DNA from: Bdellovibrionales bacterium
GTDB taxonomy: Bacteria > Bdellovibrionota > UBA1018 > CAIMNF01
Length of the DNA stretch: 19,174 nucleotides
Direction of reading: 5' to 3'
Assembly: GCA_040380025.1 (NCBI GenBank)
Contig: JBEIJY010000038.1
Location: 1-19,174 of the forward strand
Positions 1 through 8,967 of this stretch are shown piece after piece. The translations under genes were made by a program, and so were the position numbers. Position 1 is the first letter of the stretch. Each line of letters starts with the position of its first letter. The notes below the pieces were generated by a model that did no database searches, was not told the origin of the DNA, and was given only the letters and a program-made list of their open reading frames with translations.

Positions 1-95
1 ACGCGCGAAAGCGAGGCCGCACGACGCGGCTCGGAGGTAAAAGCCGAATCATTCCAACTCCCCCGGCCGATCTCGCTCCATCATCAAGCACACTC

Positions 96-113
96 AAAGG
101 GGGCAGTTTGGGG
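96..113 (+). repeat. Left copy of a 17-18 bp motif AAAGGGGGCAGTTTGGGG, inverted relative to the copy at 18839-18855; probable mobile-element end
   Basis: Matches the reverse complement of 18839-18855 (AAAGGGGGCAGTTGGGG) apart from one extra T. It lies 4 bp from the pseudouridine synthase stop codon (118-120) and can pair imperfectly with CCAACTCCCCC at 54-64. Confidence 0.55.
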
Positions 114-117
114 AACC

Positions 118-741
118 CTACATTCCGACTTTCGTCCGGATCCGGATTTCCTTCCGGCTCACCGGATGCGTGAACGCCAACTCGCAGGCCTGAAGCATCA
201 ACCTCGGCTCCCCCCGAAAAAACCCCTTCCAGAGCTCGGGCGAACCGTAGAGCGGATCTCCCGCCAAGGGGTGGCCGATCGACTCGAAGTGCCTGCGAAT
301 CTGGTGGAATCGGCCGGTCAGAGGCGTCACGGTCACGAGCGAAAACCCCCGATCCCGCCGGATTCGCACATAATCCGTCCGGGCCGACTCCGTTTCCTTT
401 CCTTTGTTTTTCGGAAGGGGGGTCCGAATAGAGCCCCGTTCGGGCACCTCGCCCACGCACCATGCCTCGTAGGTTTTCTTCACCTTGTGCTCGCGAAAGG
501 CCCGAATGAAGCCGGCAGCACTCTTCGGATCGAGCGCGAAGAGCACGAGCCCCGAGGTGTCGGCATCGATCCGGTGGACCGGAAACAAGCGTTGTTGGAG
601 CTGCTCTTCCAAAAGCTCCTTGCACCCATCGGCATTTCCGCCTCGGGATTCGCGGTAGGTGGCGATTCCGGGCGGTTTGTGGACGGCAAGGCAGAATGAG
701 TCACGGTAGACGACTTTGAGCTTCGGCGGGCCTGGGTTCAT
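118..741 (-). CDS. RluA/RluD/TruC-family RNA pseudouridine synthase (no S4 domain)
   Basis: Motifs HKPPG, HRIDADTSG (catalytic Asp), KTYEA, TGRFHQIRRH and GDPLYG. Start set at ATG 741 because GAAGAGGA lies just upstream; ATG 768 is the alternative. Confidence 0.93.
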   Translation of the reverse strand: MNPGPPKLKVVYRDSFCLAVHKPPGIATYRESRGGNADGCKELLEEQLQQRLFPVHRIDADTSGLVLFALDPKSAAGFIRAFREHKVKKTYEAWCVGEVPERGSIRTPLPKNKGKETESARTDYVRIRRDRGFSLVTVTPLTGRFHQIRRHFESIGHPLAGDPLYGSPELWKGFFRGEPRLMLQACELAFTHPVSRKEIRIRTKVGM

Positions 742-797
742 GGGATCCTCTTCGGCGCTACTATACATGAGCGGGGGCGATGGGCTAAAAGGGTTCC

Positions 798-2042
798 ATG
801 CACCTTTCAGAAAAATCCAGGCAACTCATCGATCTCGAGGACCGGTTCGGCGGAAAAAACTACGCACCCCTTCCCGTGGTACTGGCTCGCGGGGCCGGCG
901 CGAAAGTATGGGATGTCGACGGCCGCGAGTATCTTGATTTTCTTTCGGCCTACAGCGCGGTGAACCAGGGGCATTGCCACCCGAGAATCATCGACGCACT
1001 GAAAGAACAGGCAGGGGTGCTGACGCTCACCTCGCGCGCGTTTTACAACAACCGCCTCGGAAAATTCGAGGAATGGATTTGCTCTCTGTTCGGCTTTGAC
1101 CGTCTGATTCCGATGAACTCCGGCGCCGAGGCGGTCGAAACCGCGATGAAGCTTGCTCGCCGCTGGGGCTACGATCGCAAGGGAATCGCAAAGGATCGCG
1201 CGAAAATCATCGTGTGCGAAGGGAACTTCCACGGGCGGACGCTCGGAATCATTTCGGCTTCCACCGATCCTGCTTCCCGCGGCGGATTCGGTCCGTATCT
1301 CCCCGGGTTCATCGTGATTCCGTACGACGATCTCCCGGCACTCGAAGAGGCGCTCAGGGACCCCGAAGTGGCAGGATTCTTGATCGAGCCCATCCAGGGC
1401 GAAGCCGGCGTGCGCGTGCCGAAAGACGGATACTTGTCCGGCGCGGCGGCACTGTGCCGGAAGGCCAATGTGCTCTTCCTTGCCGACGAAGTGCAGACCG
1501 GCCTTGCCCGGACGGGACGGATGTTTTGTTGCGATCATGAGGGGGTGAAGCCCGATGTTCTCATTCTGGGCAAGGCGCTCTCGGGAGGCGTGCTTCCGGT
1601 TTCGGCGGTTCTTTCGTCAAACGAGGTGATTCTGACGATCCGTCCCGGAGAGCACGGCTCCACTTTTGGCGGGAATCCGCTGGCCTGCGCGGTGGCGACG
1701 GCCGCGGTTCAGGTTCTTCTGGACGAGAACCTCGCGGAACGCGCCCAAAAATTGGGTGAGATCTTTCGAAGCGAGATCGAGGCCATGCGCTCGCCGATTG
1801 TCGAAAAAGTCCGCGGAAAAGGCCTGTTGAACGCCGTGGTGATCCGCCCGCATGGAAAAAACGAAAAAGGGGAGCCTCGCACCGGCTACGATGTTGCGCA
1901 TGACCTGGTCGAGGAGGGGGTGCTCGCCAAGCAAACCCATGTGCATACGATCCGTTTCGCACCACCGCTCGTAATTTCCGAGTCGGAGCTTGCGCGCGGA
2001 ATCGACGGCATCCGGAAGACCATCCGGAAGTCAGGGGGCTGA
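798..2042 (+). CDS. rocD: Ornithine--oxo-acid aminotransferase (class III PLP enzyme)
   Basis: [59 protein letters not shown] (PLP Lys) and [13 protein letters not shown] are ornithine aminotransferase signatures. Confidence 0.95.
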   Translation: MHLSEKSRQLIDLEDRFGGKNYAPLPVVLARGAGAKVWDVDGREYLDFLSAYSAVNQGHCHPRIIDALKEQAGVLTLTSRAFYNNRLGKFEEWICSLFGFDRLIPMNSGAEAVETAMKLARRWGYDRKGIAKDRAKIIVCEGNFHGRTLGIISASTDPASRGGFGPYLPGFIVIPYDDLPALEEALRDPEVAGFLIEPIQGEAGVRVPKDGYLSGAAALCRKANVLFLADEVQTGLARTGRMFCCDHEGVKPDVLILGKALSGGVLPVSAVLSSNEVILTIRPGEHGSTFGGNPLACAVATAAVQVLLDENLAERAQKLGEIFRSEIEAMRSPIVEKVRGKGLLNAVVIRPHGKNEKGEPRTGYDVAHDLVEEGVLAKQTHVHTIRFAPPLVISESELARGIDGIRKTIRKSGG

Positions 2043-2049
2043 CGCGGGT

Positions 2050-2090
2050 TGGTTTTTGCGGGATCCGCAATGAAAACCATTTTGATTTTC
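2050..2090 (+). terminator. Probable intrinsic terminator after rocD
   Basis: Hairpin TGGTTTT-TGCGG-GAT-CCGCA-ATG-AAAACCA followed by TTTTGATTTT, starting 8 bp after the stop codon. Confidence 0.55.
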
Positions 2091-2168
2091 CGCGTTTTTC
2101 TCCTTTAAATCACCGAGGTGGATCGTGTAGATTCATCAAAATTCAACTTTGAGAAAGGATCCGTATTC

Positions 2169-3116
2169 ATGGCAAACCGAAGGCCGAAAATTTCCGTGAT
2201 TGGTGCCGGATTTGTAGGTTCAACCTGCGCCCATTGGGCCGCGAGCAAGGAGCTCGGGGATGTGGTGTTGATCGACATCAATGGTGATGCGGCGAAAGGG
2301 AAGGCCCTTGATCTTTTCGAGGCTTCTCCGGTCGAAGGGTTCGATTCGCGCATCGTCGGCGGGTCCGACTACGCGCTCTCCAAGGATTCCGACGTGGTGG
2401 TGATCACCGCCGGGCTTCCGCGCAAGCCCGGCATGAGCCGCGATGACCTCCTCGCGACGAATGCGAAAATCGTGAAAGAATGCGCGCAGAATGTGGCGAA
2501 GTTCTCGCCGGATTGCGTTCTCATCGTGGTTTCGAATCCGCTCGATGCCATGTGCCATGTCGCGATGGATGCCACTGGGTTTCCGCGCGAGCGGGTGCTC
2601 GGAATGGCCGGAGTTCTCGATGGCGCGCGCTTCCGGAGCTTCATCGCCATGGAATGTGATGTGAGCGTCGAAGATGTGCAGGCATTCGTGTTCGGCGGAC
2701 ACGGCGACACCATGGTGCCCATGCCCCGGTACGTCTCGGTCGGCGGAGTTCCGCTCACCCAGATGCTCTCGAAAGAACGCATCGACGCGCTTGTCGAGCG
2801 CACCCGCAAGGGCGGCGCCGAAATCGTCGAACTTCTGAAGACCGGTTCCGCGTACTATGCTCCCGCCGCTTCCACCATCCAGATGGTCGAGTCGATCGTG
2901 CGTGATAAAAAACGCATTCTGCCGTGCGCGGTGAGCCTGAAAGGCGAATACGGCGTGAATGGCCTGTTCGTGGGCGTTCTTGCCAAGCTCGGCGCGAAGG
3001 GCCTCGAAGGTGTTCCGACCCTCGAGCTGAACGCCGAAGAAAAAGACATGTTCGGCAAATCCGTCGCCGCGGTGAAAGGTCTCGTGGACGACATGAAACG
3101 ATTGGGGCTCAACTGA
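2169..3116 (+). CDS. mdh: Malate dehydrogenase (LDH-like MDH)
   Basis: GAGFVG NAD-binding motif, [13 protein letters not shown] with the MDH-specific Arg, VSNPLD, GGHGD and GSAYYAP. SD GAAAGGA precedes ATG 2169, so the ORF-track start at 2118 is probably too long. Confidence 0.96.
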   Translation: MANRRPKISVIGAGFVGSTCAHWAASKELGDVVLIDINGDAAKGKALDLFEASPVEGFDSRIVGGSDYALSKDSDVVVITAGLPRKPGMSRDDLLATNAKIVKECAQNVAKFSPDCVLIVVSNPLDAMCHVAMDATGFPRERVLGMAGVLDGARFRSFIAMECDVSVEDVQAFVFGGHGDTMVPMPRYVSVGGVPLTQMLSKERIDALVERTRKGGAEIVELLKTGSAYYAPAASTIQMVESIVRDKKRILPCAVSLKGEYGVNGLFVGVLAKLGAKGLEGVPTLELNAEEKDMFGKSVAAVKGLVDDMKRLGLN

Positions 3117-4327
3117 TGAACATCCACGAGTATCAGGCAAAAGCAATTCTGAAGCGCTTCAAGGTTCCGGTGTCCGAGGGCGTGCTGGTCGAAGGCTCCC
3201 GCGACGGGGTGTCGTTCAAGGCCCGTGAACAGGTGGCGAAAGAAGCGCTCGATGCGGCCGAGAAGCTGAAGCGCGAAGTGAATCCTTCGGTGTTCGTCGT
3301 GAAGGCCCAGATCCATGCGGGCGGACGCGGAAAAGCCGGCGGCGTCAAGGTGTGCAAGAATGTTTCAGATGTCGCCGATGCCGCGAATGCCATCATGGGC
3401 AAGGTGCTGGTGACTCCCCAGACCGGACCCGAAGGAAAAAAAGTCCACAAGCTCTGGATTGAAGGCGGTTCCGACATCAAAAAAGAATACTATCTCGGAG
3501 TCGTGCTCGATCGCGCCCTCTCGCAGGTCGTGATGATGGCCTCGACCGAAGGCGGAATGGAGATCGAGGAAGTCGCCGAGACCCATCCCGAGAAGATCTT
3601 CCGCGTGGTGATCAATCCGGGGACCGGGTTTCAGCCCTTCCACGGTCGCGTTCTCGCCACCTCCCTCGGGCTTCCGGCCGCGCTCCACAAAGAAGCGGTC
3701 GCGTTCTTCAAGGGCGTTTACGAGTGCTTCATGAAAATGGACTGCTCGCAGGTCGAGATCAATCCGATGGTCGAAACCACCGATGGCCGTCTTCTTGCCC
3801 TCGATGCCAAGGTGAACTTTGACGACAACGCGCTCTTTCGTCATCCGGATGTGATCGAAATGCGCGACATTCTCGAAGAAAACGCGCAAGACGTCGAAGC
3901 CTCGAAATACGAGCTCGCTTACATCGCCCTCGATGGCAACATCGGTTGTCTCGTGAACGGAGCCGGTCTTGCGATGGCGACCCTCGATATCATCAAGCTT
4001 CACGGGGGAACGCCCGCGAACTTCCTCGACGTCGGCGGCGGAGCCTCGAAAGAAAAAGTGACCCAGGCCTTCAAGATCATCCTGAAGGATCCGAAGGTGA
4101 AGGCGATTCTCGTCAATATTTTCGGCGGAATCATGAAGTGCGATGTGATCGCGGAAGGCGTGATCGCCGCGGCCCGGGAGCTCCAGCTCAAGGTGCCCCT
4201 GGTGGTCCGGCTCGAGGGAACCAATGTCGAGCTCGGCAAGAAAATGCTTGCCGAAAGCGGGCTGAAGATCACGCCTGCGGATGATCTCGAAGATGCGGCA
4301 CGCAAGGTCGTGTCCGCGGCAAAATAG
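3116..4327 (+). CDS. sucC: Succinyl-CoA synthetase beta subunit
   Basis: MNIHEYQAK start, [46 protein letters not shown] and RLEGTN. The ATG overlaps the mdh TGA (TGATG). Confidence 0.97.
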   Translation: MNIHEYQAKAILKRFKVPVSEGVLVEGSRDGVSFKAREQVAKEALDAAEKLKREVNPSVFVVKAQIHAGGRGKAGGVKVCKNVSDVADAANAIMGKVLVTPQTGPEGKKVHKLWIEGGSDIKKEYYLGVVLDRALSQVVMMASTEGGMEIEEVAETHPEKIFRVVINPGTGFQPFHGRVLATSLGLPAALHKEAVAFFKGVYECFMKMDCSQVEINPMVETTDGRLLALDAKVNFDDNALFRHPDVIEMRDILEENAQDVEASKYELAYIALDGNIGCLVNGAGLAMATLDIIKLHGGTPANFLDVGGGASKEKVTQAFKIILKDPKVKAILVNIFGGIMKCDVIAEGVIAAARELQLKVPLVVRLEGTNVELGKKMLAESGLKITPADDLEDAARKVVSAAK

Positions 4328-4339
4328 GAAGGACCTTTC

Positions 4340-5227
4340 ATGTCGATCTGGGTGAATAAAAACACAAAGCTGATTGTTCAGGGGATCACGGGCTCGCAGG
4401 GGCTCTTCCACGCGAAAGGCTGTCATGAGTACGGAGTGAAGACCGGAGGCGCGAAAGTCGTCGGCGGAGTCACTCCCGGCAAAGGCGGGCAAACGGTCGA
4501 GGAATTCCCGGTGTTCAACACCGTCAAAGAAGCGGTCGGAGCGACCGGGGCGAATGCCTCGATGATTTTCGTACCGCCTCCCTTCGCCGCCGACTCCATT
4601 TGCGAGGCGGCCGATGCGGGCGTTCCGCTCATCATCTGCATCACCGAGGGGATTCCGATCGCGGACATGATCGCAACCAAGCGATATGTGACCGAGCGCG
4701 GTTCGCGACTCATCGGTCCGAACTGCCCCGGCATCATCACTCCGGGCGAGTGCAAGATCGGAATCATGCCCGGCCACATCCATCTTCCGGGTCGCATCGG
4801 GGTTGTTTCCCGCTCGGGAACGCTCACCTATGAGGCGGTCCATCAGCTCACCAAGCTCGGCATCGGTCAAAGCACCTGTGTCGGAATCGGTGGTGATCCG
4901 GTGAATGGCACGAACTTCATCGATGTGCTCGAGGCGTTCAACAACGATCCGGGCACCGATGGCGTGATCATGATCGGCGAGATCGGCGGAACAGCCGAGG
5001 AAGAAGCAGCCGAGTGGATCAAAAAGAACATGAAAAAGCCGGTGGCGGGATTCATCGGTGGAGCCTCGGCCCCTCCGGGAAAACGGATGGGACACGCGGG
5101 CGCGATCATTTCCGGGGGCAAAGGCACGGCGGAGGAGAAATTCAAGGCGCTGGAGCGCGCAGGTGTGCGGATTTCCCGCTCGCCCGCGACTCTGGGCATA
5201 ACGATGAAAGAGGCGCTTGCGCGCTGA
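4340..5227 (+). CDS. sucD: Succinyl-CoA synthetase alpha subunit
   Basis: [31 protein letters not shown] and RMGHAGA (phospho-His); SD GGAAGGA upstream. Confidence 0.97.
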   Translation: MSIWVNKNTKLIVQGITGSQGLFHAKGCHEYGVKTGGAKVVGGVTPGKGGQTVEEFPVFNTVKEAVGATGANASMIFVPPPFAADSICEAADAGVPLIICITEGIPIADMIATKRYVTERGSRLIGPNCPGIITPGECKIGIMPGHIHLPGRIGVVSRSGTLTYEAVHQLTKLGIGQSTCVGIGGDPVNGTNFIDVLEAFNNDPGTDGVIMIGEIGGTAEEEAAEWIKKNMKKPVAGFIGGASAPPGKRMGHAGAIISGGKGTAEEKFKALERAGVRISRSPATLGITMKEALAR

Positions 5228-5243
5228 AATCAAGGAGCAATCA

Positions 5244-5672
5244 ATGGCAGTCGAAAAAACGTTCAGCATCATCAAACCAAACGCGGTCGCGAAGAACAAC
5301 ATCGGAAAGATCATCGATCGTTTCGAGTCGCGCGGACTCCGCGTGTCAGCCGCGAAATTCACCCGCCTCTCGAAAGAGAAGGCCGAAGGGTTCTACATCG
5401 AGCACAAGGATCGTCCGTTCTTCGGTAGCCTTGTGAATTTCATGACGAGCGGTCCCGTGCTTCTCATGGTTCTCGAAGGCGAGAACGCTGTGGCCCTGAA
5501 TCGTGAGATCATGGGCGCGACCGATCCTTCGAAGGCGGCTCCCGGCACCATCCGCAAGGATTTCGCCGAGAGCATCGAGGCGAATGCCGTACACGGTTCG
5601 GATAGCCCGACCTCGGCGGATCGCGAAATCTCGTACTTCTTCGAGAAGAACGAAGTCCTCACCCGCTGGTAA
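5244..5672 (+). CDS. ndk: Nucleoside diphosphate kinase
   Basis: [28 protein letters not shown] and NAVHGSDS (catalytic His); SD AAGGAG precedes ATG 5244. Confidence 0.97.
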   Translation: MAVEKTFSIIKPNAVAKNNIGKIIDRFESRGLRVSAAKFTRLSKEKAEGFYIEHKDRPFFGSLVNFMTSGPVLLMVLEGENAVALNREIMGATDPSKAAPGTIRKDFAESIEANAVHGSDSPTSADREISYFFEKNEVLTRW

Positions 5673-5691
5673 GAGTCCGGTACAAGAATTC

Positions 5692-5737
5692 GAGCCGCGG
5701 GTGTCGGGAGATTCCCGCGCCTGCGGCTCTGGTTTTT
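5692..5737 (+). terminator. Intrinsic terminator after the mdh-sucCD-ndk operon
   Basis: Long GC-rich hairpin GAGCCGCGGGTG-T-CGGGA-GAT-TCCCG-CGCCTGCGGCTC (two G-U pairs) followed by TGGTTTTT. Confidence 0.7.
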
Positions 5738-5776
5738 AACAAAGAGTTTTCAACCGTCCGTCATAAGGAGACGACC

Positions 5777-6340
5777 ATGAGCGCAAAAATCGATTTGAAC
5801 CGGTTCAAGGAAGTGGTGGGTCAGCTGAAGACGACCCAGAAGCATCTGCAGTCCCTGATGAGTCGGGAGACCTTGCAAGATGCCCGTCGGTATGCCGAGA
5901 ACTCGAAGCAAGAAATTCAGAAACTCCTGAAGGGCGCGGACCTGAAGACCGTTAAGGCGCGGATCGCAAAAGAGGCGGTCGAGCTCCGCAAGCTCCAGCA
6001 GTCGATTCCGGGAGAACTCGCGCGCTTCACCAAGTTTGTCGAGGCGCAAAAGAAGGAGCTCGAGAAAATCCTGAAGAGCGTGACTGCGCTTGATGCGGTG
6101 AAAACCCCGAAGGTGACCCCGGTGAAGGAAGCTCCCGCAAAAGGAGGCTCTGCCAAGCCACCGGTCGCGAAAAAAAGCACGCCCCGGAAGCCTGCTGTGA
6201 TCAAGACCAAGGCGAAGGCGGTCAAGGCGAAAAGCGCTCCGGCAGGTGCGTCGGCTGCGAAGGCGGCCGAGAATCTGGCCGAGAATTCGGTTGAGACGAA
6301 TTCTGGCGATGAATCGCAAGACTCCCTGTTCAAATCTTGA
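5777..6340 (+). CDS. Hypothetical protein: helical/coiled-coil N-terminal half plus Lys/Ala/Pro-rich histone-H1-like tail
   Basis: Strong SD TAAGGAG. Residues about 1-105 are charged and amphipathic-helical, about 109-164 are K/A/P-rich, and the end is short and acidic. Confidence 0.8.
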   Translation: MSAKIDLNRFKEVVGQLKTTQKHLQSLMSRETLQDARRYAENSKQEIQKLLKGADLKTVKARIAKEAVELRKLQQSIPGELARFTKFVEAQKKELEKILKSVTALDAVKTPKVTPVKEAPAKGGSAKPPVAKKSTPRKPAVIKTKAKAVKAKSAPAGASAAKAAENLAENSVETNSGDESQDSLFKS

Positions 6341-6370
6341 GTTCAATATCGTGAAGAGGAGCCGATTCTC

Positions 6371-6973
6371 ATGGCAAAGAAAAAAACCACGACCAGACCA
6401 AAAGCGAAGAAAAAACCCGCTGTAAAGAAGACCGCTGTAAAAAAGACGGCAGTGAAGAAAACAGCGATTAAAAAAACCACCCCGAAAATCAGGGCGACCT
6501 CGTTCTTGAATCCGGGCGTTCCGGCGCCAAAGTTCCATGCGGTCGACGAAAACGGCTCCCCCGTGCGCTTGGAGTCGCTCCGAGGGCGTACGATCGTGCT
6601 TTATTTCTATCCGAAGGACGACACCCCCGGATGCACCAAGGAGGCCTGCGATTTTCGGGATTCCTTCGCTCGTCTTCAGGCCGAGGGCATCGTGGTGCTT
6701 GGAGTGAGTCGCGATTCGCCCGAGTCGCATGCACGCTTTCGGAGCAAGTTCGACCTTCCGTTTTCGCTCGTGTCGGATGCCGACGGCAAGGTCTGCGAGG
6801 CGTTCGGGGTCTGGAAAGAAAAAAGCATGTACGGCCGGAAGTACATGGGTATCGAGCGTTCGACGTTTGTGATCGATCCCGAGCTCCGGATTGCCAAAGT
6901 GTACCCCAAGGTTTCGGTAACCGGCCATGTCGACGAGGTTCTTTCAGACATTCGTGCCATGAGGGAGTCTTGA
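6371..6973 (+). CDS. bcp: Bcp/PrxQ peroxiredoxin (CxxxxC) with Lys-rich N-terminal extension
   Basis: VLYFYPKDDTPGCTKEACDFRD active site, GVSRD, FSLVSD and GIERSTFVID; SD GAAGAGGAG upstream of ATG 6371. Confidence 0.93.
   Translation: MAKKKTTTRPKAKKKPAVKKTAVKKTAVKKTAIKKTTPKIRATSFLNPGVPAPKFHAVDENGSPVRLESLRGRTIVLYFYPKDDTPGCTKEACDFRDSFARLQAEGIVVLGVSRDSPESHARFRSKFDLPFSLVSDADGKVCEAFGVWKEKSMYGRKYMGIERSTFVIDPELRIAKVYPKVSVTGHVDEVLSDIRAMRES
6410..6484 (+). repeat. Five degenerate 15-bp coding tandem units (KKPAV KKTAV KKTAV KKTAI KKTTP)
   Basis: Units read aaaaaacccgctgta / aagaagaccgctgta / aaaaagacggcagtg / aagaaaacagcgatt / aaaaaaaccaccccg, with many synonymous differences. Confidence 0.85.
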
Positions 6974-6974
6974 G

Positions 6975-7463
6975 ATGAACCAGGTCGCGAAAGTTTTCGA
7001 GGGCGTGAAGTCGGTTCTGGTGGTTCTTTCTTCTCGAGCCATGGCGTTCGACCAGGCGGCGCTCCGGAATCACATTCACCTTGCCTATCCCGGAACAGCG
7101 GTATTTTTTGTCTCTGTGAGCGGAGACCCCGTGGGTGTGGCCGCACCCGGGAAGGTCGATCTCGTGATCGATTTCACCGAGCCGAAGGCGCGTCAGCCCT
7201 TGCTGTTCGCCGCAAAAATGCGCTCGCGCGGTCGCTTTGTTGTAGGCCGGAATGCGGGTCTGTTCCTCCGGAAGGCCCGGTATGACCGCGTGTATGATCA
7301 GGCCGCGGATTCCTCGATCCCGGGCGATTATCTCGAATCAGAATGCTGGGCCCAACGGCGGGTTCTGGAGCTTGCAGGGGTTCCGGTTCGTCGGCAGGGC
7401 GGGGTGACGCAAGATCTTGCCCGCGAGATCGCATCCCACCTTCCGCCCATGCAGAATCGATAG
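6975..7463 (+). CDS. Hypothetical protein, alpha/beta; loosely like the N-terminal domain of GT9 heptosyltransferases
   Basis: Tightly packed between bcp (1 bp gap) and the next gene (4 bp gap), with SD GAGGGAG. Pattern KSVLVV...AYPG...VDLVIDF...FVVG...YD. Product uncertain. Confidence 0.7.
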   Translation: MNQVAKVFEGVKSVLVVLSSRAMAFDQAALRNHIHLAYPGTAVFFVSVSGDPVGVAAPGKVDLVIDFTEPKARQPLLFAAKMRSRGRFVVGRNAGLFLRKARYDRVYDQAADSSIPGDYLESECWAQRRVLELAGVPVRRQGGVTQDLAREIASHLPPMQNR

Positions 7464-7467
7464 TCTT

Positions 7468-8967
7468 ATGCCGAATCGCAGTGCGCTCTTGCTCGAGAAA
7501 CTCTGGAATGTGCTCATCTCACTGAAGCTTGCAGTGATCGTGATCCTGTCTCTTGCAATCACCCTGTCTGTGGCGACCGTGATCGAGTCCATGCACGATA
7601 CCAAGACCGCACAGTATTTTGTGTATCGGGCCGCGTGGTTTTACGGACTTCTCTCGGTTCTGGGCCTGAACATCCTGGCAGTCGCCTTGAGCCGGCTTCC
7701 GTGGAAGAGGCGGCATATTCCTTTTCTGCTCGCGCATGCCGGGATTCTCATGATTCTGGCCGGGTCCTGGCTTACTTATGTGAACGGAGTCGACGGATCC
7801 CTCCTGATCTCCGAGGGCGAGATGAACTCGGCAGTGGAACTCGATGAGCTCGTGCTGGTATCGAAACGGGGAGAAGAGGTTCGGACCGTTCCCTTTCCGT
7901 GGATGCCGGCTTCGGTGGCCAAATCCTTCAAGCCACGCGAGTTTCCGGAACTGGGAATCCGCATCGAGCGTTATGTCGCCGACGCCGAGCGTGTCACGCG
8001 TTATTTTCCGGCCGATGGATCGAATCCCGAGGCCGCTCCCGCTGTGCAAGTGCGTGTTCTCGGCGCACCCATGGGAGGAGCGCCCGAGTTCTGGCTCTTT
8101 GGCGGTGATCCCGGATCGGCCTCCCAGAAGCTCGGGCCCGCTCGGTTTCTGATTCGAAAAGAAGAGCAAAAAGATCTCGAAGCTCCCTCGGTGGCGCAAG
8201 GATCAGATGAGGCGAGCGAGGCGCGGCTCGATTTCATTGTTTCAAAATCCGGAGCCCTGCGGTTTCAGGCGGTTTCCGTGCGCGGCGAGAAGAAATCAGG
8301 TTCGGTCGATCTGAAGACGCTTCAAGCCCGCGAGGAACCCGTGATCGTCGATCCGGGCTGGAAGATGCCGATCCGTCTGCAGGTAAAATCTTTTCTTCCA
8401 TCCGCCTTGATGGAAACCCGCTATGTCGAGCGGAAGGTGAAGCCTGTCGGCATGGGCACGGCCCAGCCCGAGCCCGCCATCGAAATCTCGATGGCCGGGA
8501 ATCCCGCATCGCGACTCTGGCTCGGTCTCGGGGATCGCGCGAATTTTCAGGATCAAAACGGAAATCCGGCCACGGCCGGGTATTTCCCGAAACGCCTTCT
8601 TCTTCCGTACGGGCTTCGGCTCGAGCGGTTTGAAATGACGACCAACCCCGGCACCAATGATCCGGCCACGTATTCTTCGCGGGTTCAAGTGGTCGATCAG
8701 TTTCAAAAAACCGAGGCCGATCTGCGCTCCCTTCCGGTTCACCACATCACCATGAACGAGCCACTCGAATGGAAGGGCTACACGTTTTATCAATCGAGCT
8801 ATGTTCCCGAGATTCCGCGCCCCACGACGACGATTTTGTCGGTCAATTACGACCCGGGCCGGGGCTTGAAGTACTGGGGTTCGGTGCTTCTGATCCTCGG
8901 GAGTGTCGCCTTGTATCTTGCCAAAACAGTGAAGAAGAAAAAAACAAAGGAGCTCCAAAATGCTTGA
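7468..8967 (+). CDS. resB: Cytochrome c biogenesis system II protein, ResB/CcsB-like
   Basis: N-terminal SLKLAV, three TM helices with LLAHAG (conserved His), a large periplasmic domain, and C-terminal ITMNEPL..KGYTFYQSSY..SVNYDPG plus a TM helix. Adjacent to ccsA. Start taken as ATG 7468. Confidence 0.85.
   Translation: MPNRSALLLEKLWNVLISLKLAVIVILSLAITLSVATVIESMHDTKTAQYFVYRAAWFYGLLSVLGLNILAVALSRLPWKRRHIPFLLAHAGILMILAGSWLTYVNGVDGSLLISEGEMNSAVELDELVLVSKRGEEVRTVPFPWMPASVAKSFKPREFPELGIRIERYVADAERVTRYFPADGSNPEAAPAVQVRVLGAPMGGAPEFWLFGGDPGSASQKLGPARFLIRKEEQKDLEAPSVAQGSDEASEARLDFIVSKSGALRFQAVSVRGEKKSGSVDLKTLQAREEPVIVDPGWKMPIRLQVKSFLPSALMETRYVERKVKPVGMGTAQPEPAIEISMAGNPASRLWLGLGDRANFQDQNGNPATAGYFPKRLLLPYGLRLERFEMTTNPGTNDPATYSSRVQVVDQFQKTEADLRSLPVHHITMNEPLEWKGYTFYQSSYVPEIPRPTTTILSVNYDPGRGLKYWGSVLLILGSVALYLAKTVKKKKTKELQNA

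Noticed and set aside
1..40. Open frame ending RAKARPHDAARR* at the window start
   Set aside because: Only 12 codons are visible, too few to call a CDS.
2924..3115. ORF-track N-terminal extensions of sucC (also mdh 2118, ndk 5217, resB 7417, murB 10536)
   Set aside because: They overlap upstream genes or promoter regions. Downstream starts match family N-termini and mostly have SD sites or stop-start coupling.
3365..5362. 665-aa minus-strand ORF, and similar long antisense ORFs at 2220-3146, 5750-6928, 10605-11543, 13031-14338, 16072-17178 and 17339-18871
   Set aside because: They lie almost entirely opposite well-supported genes and have no recognisable motifs. Long shadow ORFs are expected from codon bias in GC-rich DNA.
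6410..6484. 15-bp periodicity considered as a CRISPR or non-coding repeat
   Set aside because: No spacers, and the in-frame synonymous variation shows it is a protein-level repeat.
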